From the NCBI GenBank assembly GCA_964035545.1, contig OZ037768.1:14269675-14333674 (forward strand): DNA of 64,000 nucleotides, read 5' to 3'. Numbering within the stretch: position 1 is the stretch's first letter; each line of letters begins with the position of its first letter. The notes under the pieces were generated by a model. It ran no database searches, was not told where the DNA came from, and saw nothing but the letters and a program-made list of their open reading frames with translations. Both the position numbers and the translations under genes were made by a program. This DNA comes from Bugula neritina. Lineage: Eukaryota; Animalia; Bryozoa. Below, piece after piece: positions 12,165-23,560 of the stretch.

Positions 12165-13222
12165 ATGTCTTACTATTCTGGATCGAAGGGTGAGTTAATT
12201 ATGTTTTTGGTACGATAACTAGACTGCATCAGTCAGCTTTAGCTACACTAGCTAGCGAGCTGGAGATTCGATAATGATAAACAGTGGTGGGAATACACGT
12301 CGACTTTGATTTTAAATAATCTGCCATAGCGAGTGTGTTCTCCATCAACTATTCATTAGCCTGAATCTCACGAGTGTAACTGAACAGAGTACCGGTCAGG
12401 CTGTACACGCCGACGGTACCTCAGTGTATAACCTTTAACACTGCTACTCTTTCAGATCACACTCGAGTGACCACCTCCCGGTCACGGGACCAGCCAACCT
12501 CTCTGCCTATGGAAGAGGAACCTGTAATGGAGAATGGCATACCCGTGGTGCTCCGTCGACGACACCGCTGGGTGTCACCCACGACGGAAAGGAGAATTGA
12601 GGAAGCCTGGGGACCCAGTGGACCCCACCGAACCTGCCAGGTCTGCTTTGAGGAGTGCCCGTCACACCGCTCCCTGCGTCTACATGTAGACGCCCATTTT
12701 CTACTCCACTTCTGCCCATGCGGGTTCCACGACGTATACCCGTATCCCGTGACAGTCCATAAGCTGAGCTGTTTCGCCGGAGAGAACCATACTGTCGATG
12801 AGGACAGTTTCCCCCAATACCTGGATATCATCAAGCCAGTCATCAGGAAGGCTATCACCCTGGCCGCACTAGCGTCAGGGTTCCAAGTACTGCTGTTATC
12901 CGCCCGCCATAAGTCCCCTATGGTTTAGGGCCTGTCTCCTACCCCCGTCAACCCTAGCAACACCCCCGAAGTAGAAGAAACAACAATACCCCCTCTAACA
13001 GAGACTACTACAACCCCGCCAAGGCCTAGCCAGCTGGCTAATGTAGAAGAGCGGCTTGTAAGACTACAAGCCGAGTTCACACAACTTGCCCCTGACTTGC
13101 TGGATACGACGACAGGTCTATACCAGTTAAAGGACTCAGTGGGGCGACTGAAGAGGCGGCTACGTGCCCGACAGGCTCGACACAGAGCACGATCGCTACA
13201 AGAGTCAGAGTCCACCCAATGA
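12165..13222 (+). CDS. Spliced accessory ORF3 of element B: zinc finger + coiled coil (one in-frame TAG at 12926-12928)
   Basis: Exon 1 12165-12189 (MSYYSGSK+G); intron 12190-12455 (GTGAGT...TTTAAC...CTCTTTCAG); exon 2 in frame; CQVCFEECPSHRSLRLHVDAH, FCPCG; tail LANVEERLVRLQAEFTQLAP...LYQLKDSVGRLKRRLR. Confidence 0.75.
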
Positions 13223-13520
13223 GTATGCCTGGGGTAGGCACCTTCGTTGAGCTGTAACTCGTCTGGAAAGTGACGAGTGCTCCGACATTGGCCCGCGTGC
13301 TGGTAAGCACCCTCTCTCTTTATAGCTGACTAGATGTGTGTGTTCGATCACCCTGTTGTCTTCTGTATGTAAATGTTGTCGTACTCAACTATTTCTCTTC
13401 TTACTCTTTGTGGGTTTACTTATGTATGTTTTTCTTTTTGGATTATTGTATAGTTTTTCATTATGTGTTTTTTTTATTGTGTTATCAGAAAGTAGGGCTT
13501 TCTGCTGGGGGGGGGGGCGG

Positions 13521-13873
13521 TGTAGTGAGTAGTGCAAAGTACAAATACGGGAATCGCCCTCTCTCTACTCTTGGAATACTAAGACCCTTATGTAGCAACC
13601 AATTAGCAGCTCCGGAAGATATGCTTCCGATTCACGTGACACTTCCCGGGTTATTAACATTATATCACGTTGTTGTAAGCGGAGGCTTGAAGTAGTAACA
13701 TGTGTTAGTAGTTGACTGATGTATAGGATAATTTGATGTGATGTTTGTTTTATGCTTTATTGTGGATAATAAATATAATTACTCGACAGCTACCCTAGTA
13801 ATTACTAGCAGAATAACCAACTAACTATACGCAAGTAGATAACTCACGCTCAGTAATTGCACAAATTACTACA
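13521..13873 (+). repeat. 3' LTR of element B
   Basis: Follows the G-rich PPT 13507-13520; repeat of 8163-8515. Confidence 0.97.
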
Positions 13874-16591
13874 ATACTACAAAACATGCAGCTTGCAGTA
13901 TTTATTTGGGCTTCATTGTGTAATGATTCATATAATTTTTGAATAAAGTAACTTGAAAAGTACTGATATCATGGCCCCCAGCTTAAGCTAAATTTCACAA
14001 AATAACCCTCACTACGAGAATATTTCAGTTCAGTGGCTAGTTGTTATTTGTTTAGTGGTATAAGAGCCTAGTCTCCACTCTCCACTCTATTATGCTATTT
14101 CTTCTTGCCTCTTGGTTGATTTATATTGTAAGGATGACTTTTATAGGTATGTAATAATAGAAATGAGCATCGGTCATTAACATAGAAAAGATAACTCTGC
14201 AGCTTTTACTTCGCCCCATTTTACCTATAGAACTTCTCGTAATTATATCACACCATTGAACAAAGGGAAGTAAAGCAATAAAGTTGAAAATATGAATTTA
14301 TTTTAGATGCTGGACTTGGTTACAGTTTGGTCTGCGAGCACTATAATATAGTTTATTATGTATTATTTTTTTGTAATTTTGCAATTTCATTATCTCTTAT
14401 CAATAGTTTAGCATATTAATATAAAGGAAATAATATGATGCTCCTAGTCATTTTAATTTTATAATATTTCAGTAGAATGTTCGAGACGCGAAACTTCGAT
14501 TTCGGAAAGTCCACAGCCTGTGGTTTACCTAGTATCAAATAAATTGCTATAGGCGCAGCTTACCTTATCAATTCTATATTAGCGGTTGAGCCCATACGAA
14601 TAACTTTTTTGTAATCTTAGATTCTCAACTACAAAACCTCAATGTTGCTGAATCACCCAACAATTACAAACACTAGTCACAGGGCTTAGACTGTAATTGT
14701 TGGTTCTTCTCTTGTTTTTCCTCAACTCTTTGTGACTACTGTAATGAACAGTGTCTATGAAATACTCATTCTGATACTGCAATACATTTAATTTTATTTA
14801 AACTTCGTAGGCTTGAAGTTAATTAATATTATTTAATATTTTGTGAAAAAGCAGACTGAGACCCGGTCTGAGAGTGAGAGTGAGTCAGTGACTGTCACTG
14901 TGAGTCTGAGAAGTGAGATTAAAACTCAGTTTAACTTTTAAGTTTCAGATTGAAATTGTCTTTGTGATACTGATTCAGATTGTCATTCACATTTAGTTTC
15001 ACATTGTGATTCAATCGCAATATGAATCATTGAATGTGATTCAATCTGAATCACTGATAGTCAAAGTGATACTCTGATAGTGATAGTAATGTGATAGTGA
15101 TTGTCACAAACTCAAACTGACAAAGTGAGTGATTCGGATTGTTATTAATATTATCATCATTAGTTTGTCATTCAAAACGAGTGGTTCGTTCACATTTCGA
15201 TTGTCATTGTGATACTGATAGTGATAGTGATTATGTTATTGTTAACATTATTAATCATAATGATATTGATATTGCGTACAACTACAAGTAAATGTATTGA
15301 CTATTGAGTATTACTATGGGTATCATAATCAATAAATTTTTTTAATACTTAAAGTTAATAGTGATTATTAATTCATTATTAATCGCCTACAATATCAGTA
15401 ATAGTATTACTAATACTAATACTATTAGTATTAGTATGACTATGAGTATGTAGTTGACTAATTGTATGATGCCGATAGTCATAGTAATATCACTGATAGT
15501 CATAGTTACTTAGTGATAGTCTTAGAGCTGGCGATAGTCATAATAACTATGATAGTGTATACGGGGATGGATCATTATTCCAAAGGCCCATTGCTCCGAA
15601 GGTCCATTAGTTTAAAAAATGTTGCCTATTATAAATTTACACACGTTTATCGGTTTATGGCAAGCCATTTTTGGGGTTTGAACCTGAAATATATTAACCA
15701 CAATGTGACAAAAAGGTTCCAACAAGACTGAATATGTTGGATGTACAAAGTGTACATTTGACCAACGTTGTATTGGCAATAAGATTTGACCACACTGACA
15801 CATTGCCTATAAAATCGTATTAGTTCTATGGAAATAGGAGTGTTGCGCTACATCCATGGCATCAGCCTGGAAGAGCACAGAATTTTCTTCATCTGCAATT
15901 TGTCAGACTGAAAGTTCAATTATTTTAAGTGCAAAAGATATAAAAAAAAAGAATATTGAGTTAACTGTCAATTTTAAAAATATATTATGTAAATATTTCA
16001 TGAATATTTAAATTTCGATTTGGTAAAATGTTTATGAATTTGATGTTTCCAGTAAAAACCTGCACACGAGAGCAGCCTTTAAAACTTGTTGTGCACACTT
16101 AAAATCATAATCTCACGCAAGGATTATGCTTTAAAAAGCAATCAGTTAGTCATTTGTTTTGTCCATGTTAATTTTATCATTTTTGCATCTGGATCTTAAT
16201 AATAGGCATATTGTAATGAAAACTGCAATAAGTATTTATATTCTCAACATTTGATAAGCTTTATGTAAAACTTTTTTTTCATGATCACTGATTCATGTTG
16301 GCTGCAGAAGTTTTGAGTAAATCCTACAGCCTAAAGTTGAGTTGAATTGTTACAAATATCAAGACTAAAATTACAATAATCATAGCATTTTTCTTCCTTC
16401 TGACTTCAAAATATAATAATTTTAGTCATGTGCAGTATGCTATTTCAACTATTGGCTACAAATATCAAACTTGGTCAAAAATATTTTGTTAGCCCAATTA
16501 TAAAACTCATTCTTCTTTATGTCATGTTATACATAACTGTTACAAGCCAATTTTGTTTCTAGGTGAACCTCATAGCATTTGATGATAAAGG

Positions 16592-19500
16592 ATGAGACGT
16601 AGGTGGAAATCTCTACTTTCTGAGAGTTTGGTGCATTTAGCTGTAGTACTTAGCTTGCTTCGTACTGACTTGCGAGTATATCTCAGAAGATATTCACATC
16701 ATCCAGAGGTACAACAAGCACTGCTCGGACATTCTGTTGGTTTGCAGTTATCAAATAATCATCATCAAAGTTTGTATCCCTCCCATAAGTATGTTGAGGA
16801 TGGCGATTATATTTTGAATGAAATCAATAGGCTAACCAGGTCACCATTTCATGATCAAAGATTTGAAATTAATTCTCATGGCACAGTATCAGCATGGCTT
16901 CTTACAGAGGATCAGTCATCCTGTTCTTCAAGTCCACCAGCTGCTGGTGGTTCGACTGAGAATGAGCTGAGTGTACAGGTATGCTGGAGGTTTTATTTAT
17001 TTATCATTTGTGTAATTTCCAAACATTAGCTGTAAATACAGCAGCTGTAGATCAGTTGTGCTGTCAAAAATCAATTGCTGTCTTTGCTAAAACATGTGGG
17101 GGGGGGTAATTAATATACATTGTACTTTATGTTATAGTATTTTAATGTATGCTCCTGTTTTATTCACCTTATGCTAACCTATGTGTTACTATATAAGTAC
17201 ATATAGAGTAACTGAATATATGTATAAAACATTTAAATATAATTACAAACTCTTATGACTTGTAATGTTTTGTTTACCATTGGTGTAAGTATTTGCTGAA
17301 GAAAATTTTTGAAAACTCAAATTAAGACAAATACTTAGTCTGTATAGGAAGTCAGCAAAACTATTGTTTGAATTTTAGTAATTTTTCTAATTTGATAGAT
17401 AATTGATCTTACAAGTATTTTGTTAAATAATTCTATCTGGTCACTGATGCATGTTTTGGCTGTGAGTTTATCCTGGTAAAATAGTTTAGCCAGTGTATGT
17501 TTTTCTACTCTTGAAATTTGCAGGATGTTGAGTTAATAGAACGATTATGGAAGGAAGACTTGGAGTCAGGGGTTAGCCACAGTGCCATTGAATGCAGTCC
17601 CAAGGCCTTGGTGAGCAGCAGATTAGATTAAAGACTTTCAAATATCTGCATAGTTGAATTAGTTTTATTCTTACTATGATGAGCAAGAAAAAAGCACCAA
17701 GTTCAAGCTGAATTATTTAACTTTAGGTCTAATTAAATTTGTGTTTGATAGGCTGACACCTATCCAGACTTTATGGCTGAAGACACTAATGATGTTGATG
17801 TGCCATTCCCTGCAGACTTTTTTGGAGATAGCAGGGGTATTCCATTGACAGGTTAGTTGAGAATTGCTTGAAACAGCACTAAGGTTGTGCTCACTGAGAG
17901 CAGTGGGAGGGGGGGGGCTGGGGTTACAAGCACTGCACTTAATGACCCCCAACTTTGTGCTGTTGCAGGTTAGTCACTCACTAATTATATTTGTGCATCA
18001 TCTGCCTTTGCCTGATTAAACCTGCCTTATCAAAGTTGGCAGTATTTCCATTGGGTATTTCTGGCATCCAAACTGATTTGTAACTCACAGCTACCTTAAT
18101 CAAGTGTTCCTAACAAATAAATCATAAGTTCCAATAAGATTCTGATCATGACACATGAAGCTTTCATCAGCTGGCATTTTAGCTGGTATATTATGTAATG
18201 GTGCAGCCCCCTTTTTATTTTCATTAGGCAATACCTTTTAAATGTGTGACTACTAGTACGTTTTAGAATTTCATAGGGTGTTGGCTGTTGATAAAACACA
18301 TAATGTTGTATTATATAATCACATCACTCAATATATGTTTTGTATAGAAAAATATATCATTAATATAATATAAAGCATGCTTTGTGTCAATACAGTTTAT
18401 AAATCTCCACTAATGCATATTTTGACTCGACTGATTTGCTTTGTTTATACAGTAGACCTATCAAATGCAGCTGCGAGACCACACCCACCCTACAACACTC
18501 AGTCCTCTCTGCAACGTGACCTGCTGGATTTAAGTGCTCTGTCTGGGTCATCTCAAGTCTCTCCATTGCCAAATTATAATACTTCAACCAATCATTTCAT
18601 GTGGCAGCCAACAATTGATGAACCGCCTAATAACAATATTTTGCAAGAAAATTTTTATCCCAACAATACAGGTAGTTGTTCAAGTATATTATTATTATCG
18701 CTAAGCTATGCATACTGTATTACTTCATGCACTGACAATTGGTCACTATTATTTGTAATCTACTATAAACTCATCAGAAGTGACAAGTTTGAAGTGCCAG
18801 TTAAGTAAGTTATGTATATATATTTGTATGACTCAAGATGGCAATGGAAGCTATAAGAATAACTCGTTCCAGTAGTATACTTGCAATCTACATTGGCAGG
18901 ACTATACAAATTGCTTGTTCACTTTTAGTTTCCATTCTTTATTATTAGCAGTTTGAATGTTTAATAATTTTTGTGTTAGATCTTCCTTGGGAAATCAGCG
19001 ATTCAGAAATTGAACCTGGATTTCGTTCAGAAATTGAATCTGGATTCTTAGAAGAAACAGCCTTTGATAATGATGTCTTCAGAGATCCAATTTACTCAAG
19101 TTTGCAGCCACCGTTAAATATTCTACTTGATGATATGGATGTAGAGTTTGATTTAAGTTCAGTAGATGATTTGGGCAAGTTGTGGGATGTTAGTGGCAGC
19201 ATAAGTGGAGATTCAGCCGTTTCTTTGACAGATAGCCCTCAGCATGTAAGTCTTATAGCATATTGTAGATAACTACACGCACTCACAGCAATCTCTCCAT
19301 GTCCACTCTGCTCCCACAGATCTATGCAAACTACTGCACTCAATCATCCATAACTGAAGCTGCTGATAGAACCATTCCACTCACACCTTCTTGATTATGT
19401 ATTCACAATATATGTATTTATTACACACATACTACTGTATTTACCAATCACATTGTTTGTAATATCACACTTGCCACACCTATATTGCCAGAGCAAATAT

Positions 19501-22049
19501 TTTGTATTACTGGAACCAAATTTACTCGAATTATGGTTGTGCTCCCTGCATCACAAGGGTTATAACTGTTGACAAATTCAAAATTGTGACATAACCAGAA
19601 GCAAAATAACTCAGTTATTATTAATGCAAGCTGACTGCTATTTTTGCTAGACACGCCATTTGAATCTTGTAAGGAAAAGTTTTGTTGATTCTCACCATTG
19701 GTATCAGTTGTCCCAACAGATGTAATTGTTCAATTTATATTTCGAGAACCAGTTTTACCAGTTTTTTAAAAATGGTGAATGTTTTATTAGCTAGAAATGC
19801 AAATAACTAGACTCGCCTTTCTAGCATTGATCAAGTTTTGTAACTTTGCACATGTTTTGTTTCGTTTCGTTGCTGTGAATGTTCGATGCCTTTTATATAA
19901 AAAGTGTTTTGAGTATTTACCTCCAAAAGGAGGCTTGATGGCAGATCTCAATCCATTTCAGCTGACAGCCGAGAAAGTGAAGCTGGTAGAAAATTAAAAT
20001 TTTTCATTGATATTCTTAGGTATCTGAACAGTCTATCACTTTCTCTTCCTAGCTTTTAAACTAGATTATAAAACAGTCTCAGTGAATCTAGTTGCTGATT
20101 CATTGGGGAGAGTCAGCAAGTTGTCCCCCCTCTCTCCTTTGACACCAATAACAATATTTTTCAGAGTAATACAAAGCCAGTTTTGGTTCTTGTTTTCATT
20201 TCTAGCATTAGTTAATTGAATTAACTTTAGCAAGATACAACTGGTTACAATAATGAAAACATAAGCTGCTCCCAGAAAATGTTTTGCAGTGTTTTGGTTG
20301 GTCTGAGTCAAGCCCTAAAATTGTTACTAGTACTATATTATATCGTAGTAGGTGAGCTTGTGCAGTTTTTTATATAATACACTGGTGGGATGTGCATGCC
20401 AGCTCTATACATGTATTATGTTGAAACTTATCATTAATAATCCATGTTATACAAAAATCTTAGATATATTTCAAATATGTATAACAATTACTTGTGTGAT
20501 ATATACAGACATGTGTAGTTTGTTTATGTGGATGAATGCAATTAAATATATTATATCTTTAGAGCTGGGTAGACCCATTGTCTGACATCAGCAGTGAAAA
20601 TTACTCCATCTCTGATGATCTGTTAGGATTAGAAGATGGAGCTACAGGTTATAGTGAAACTAAACAAGAGGCCTACTATGATAATGGCTTTTTTGATTTT
20701 GAAGCTTATTCTCAGCCAACAAAGTCCGATAAGAGTGCGATAATGCATGACCATACTTATGGTGCTCCTCCAGGAGGCCAGCCACATGTCCGTAAAATGG
20801 ACATTAAGGTAAATTCTAGCCTATTATTTGTTTTGAGTGCGATACATGTAGTATTCCATATTTGAAAACAATACAAGGGCTTTTTATAAAAGTTGCCTGA
20901 AATTAAACCTTTGTTGCCTAAGCTATTGTGCACTTTATCAAATTTTTCTATTTATGATTAGTCTATAGTTCTGTGTAGAGTTATCCATATACATAATGTA
21001 TGTTATAATTTTTTAGACTACTAAAGTACCCAGTAGAGGGTTGGTTCATGATGAAGCTATGCGCAAAAGGTTGAATATTCCCTTTTCTGTTGATGCTATC
21101 ATAAACATGCCTTTAGACCAGTTTAACTCCCTTATAAAAAAACATCAGCTTACATCAAAGCAAACTACCCTAGTAAAAGATATTAGAAGGCGTGGCAAGA
21201 ATAAGGTATTCGATTAATATTTTGATAGTCATCATTTGCTACTAAGAAAATCTCATAAACAAGTTTTGTGGTAGTTGTTGGGAGTTATGTTCTTGTTTGT
21301 GGAAAAAAGCATGAAGTGACAGCAAAAATAAGATTTAAAGCCAACTAAATTGTCACATTTAAAGATGCTGAAATTCTGTTCTGTGCAGTTAAAAAATTAA
21401 CATTGAATGGTATGTAGTTTTTTTAAACCAGTCTTGTAAATTTTGAGTAATGATACACATTTTAACCAAGTTTTTTATTGGCTATTTGCTTATTTGTGCT
21501 GACTACAAACTTTCTGTTTTTTATGAAGTTAAAAATAAGGTTTAAACATAGTGATAATTATGTGCCTTGCTCATGAAAACAGAAACAATCCAAAGTTGTT
21601 TTCTTTAAAAGAAAATTGTTCTCCATTGCTCACCTTTGGTCACATTCAACTTGTCACTACAATAAGTAGTCAACAAAATTATTTTACTATTTCTCCTATT
21701 GATTATGTTTGTGATATTTTAGATGGCTGCCCAAAATTGTCGAGAGAAAAGAGTGGGTGCATATTCTGAAATGGAAACTGAAGTTGAATCGCTACAGTCT
21801 AAACGAGATGTTCTGCAACAAAAGAAAACTCTCTTGTTAAATAAGTCAACAGAACTCAGAAAGCACATAGACATTATGTCTGCGGAGATATTTCGTACCC
21901 TTCGTGATGAAAATGGTGTTCCTTATGACAACACTCAGTTTAGTCTAGAAGTTGGTGCGAATGGGGAAATTGAACTAGTATCCACCAATCAATCGTCTCG
22001 AAAATCTCAAAACTCAAAAAAGAGAGACAGTAGCAAGCGAAGGCGTTAA
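16592..22049 (+). CDS. NFE2L1: CNC-bZIP transcription factor (Nrf1/Nrf2/CncC-like), 8 coding exons
   Basis: Phase-consistent GT-AG exons 16592-16978, 17524-17610, 17752-17851, 18453-18671, 18980-19245, 20563-20808, 21017-21205, 21723-22049. Motifs: N-terminal hydrophobic LVHLAVVLSLLR, AWLL, DVELIERLWKED, DSAVS, HDHTY, CNC IPFSVDAIINMP, DIRRRGKNKMAAQNCR plus zipper. AATAAA at 22341. Symbol denotes family membership only. Confidence 0.93.
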
Positions 22050-22990
22050 ATATCTAACCAAGATAGTTTTTATTTTGTGAACAATATCAGGCTGGTGTTG
22101 AATCTGATGTTCTATTTTGTATATAAATGTATAATATTATATGTTTCATTATTATTATCATTATTATTATTGTGAGGGTTCCTGCCATTCTAATCTTCAT
22201 ACTAAACCCTATTACATTGCCAATCACAATGTCTATTATACTTTCATGCTCAAGTTGAGAGACTTAAATTAAGCATATTTTATTATCGGTTTTGTGTTAC
22301 TTGTTTATGTGTCTCACTTGACAGTTACATTGTAATTTGTAATAAAATTATAGTCAATGAATCACCAGTGAAATAATCTTCTGTTGGACATGACAATATA
22401 TGGTATCTGCGATTGATGGTGTTGTACTATTTAAAGCTACTTTGGGTGGTCCTAAAACTGGTCAAGTGAATATTCACATACCTAGTCAATAGGTCTGTGG
22501 GTATTCTTAGGTGCAGGCACTGTCAAAACCACCAACAGTGCTTAGTACAATTGCATGGTCCCTCCCTACTTCATTTGGTAGATGGCAGTTGGCTTATGAA
22601 ACGTTTGTCTGCACGCAACGATGGTACTGGATTGCTTGGTAGCAGTAGCAGGTGGATAAACCTGACAGCTGACTATACTTGAAAGACCAAGTGTAAGGCA
22701 GCATTGACTAGTAGTTTTACTTTGTTTATTAAGTTTACTTCATCACATTGAATTCTGTTTACTTACAAAAAGTTGGGTTAAGAATCCATAACAGAATGAC
22801 CGTTCAATCATTCAGACAGAAACCTACTCCACCTTGCTGTCAAAACTTCATGAATTACTTCCGACAAGTACGATATAAAGTAAACTTGGTATTTGCTTAA
22901 AGTCTGGGGCAAAATGGTTGATTTGAGTTCATATTTGTGAGATATTGTCTTAAGATACTTTTAAAACTAGAAATTGTCAACTAAACATAT

Positions 22991-23292
22991 TATGTTTTCC
23001 AGAATTAGGGTAGATGTGCAACCAAGAGAGTCTGCTTACTACTAGAGAGACTTCACCGTGATAAGTCGAGTAGATGTTGTTATATTTCGATACAAGAATA
23101 CATAATAATAAAGTTATACAACAGTTAAAAATACACGCATCTATTTAGTTTACTACACTATCTTCAACTGGGCTAGTAGCGCGAAGCTACTACTATTACT
23201 CATGAGCAGCCTAGCTAATTGGTTAATACATTGTTCCGGGTCAATACGCAACCTTGCGTATTGTGTTACTGGTAGCTCCACGAGCCACCACA
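22991..23292 (-). repeat. 3' LTR of element C
   Basis: Direct repeat of 30657-30958; PPT adjacent at 23293-23303. Confidence 0.95.
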
Positions 23293-23560
23293 CTGCCCCC
23301 TCCAGCAGAAAGCCCTCTTTCTGATAAAATATAATTCACATAAAAAAACGTATACTTCGTTGGGCTGAGAGAGGACAATATAAAAGTATATACAAAAACC
23401 AACTGATTAGATATACAAGTATATATATAAAAAAAATATGCACAATATGTAATATGTAAAAGAAAGTCCTATTTACATGTAGAGTACGTGCCACCATAAC
23501 GGTAGGGAATGCCACAGAGAGGTAGGGGAAGAGTAGTATGGAGTTGGAGATAGACTCATG

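Larger units (their letters stand above)
8163..13873 (+). mobile_element. Ty3/Gypsy element B: young, non-autonomous internal-deletion derivative
   Basis: 353-bp LTRs 8163-8515 and 13521-13873 (TGTAGT...ACTACA, one mismatch seen); 4-bp TSD ATAC; PBS; PPT; gag and PR present; RT, RNase H and IN core absent. Confidence 0.95.
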
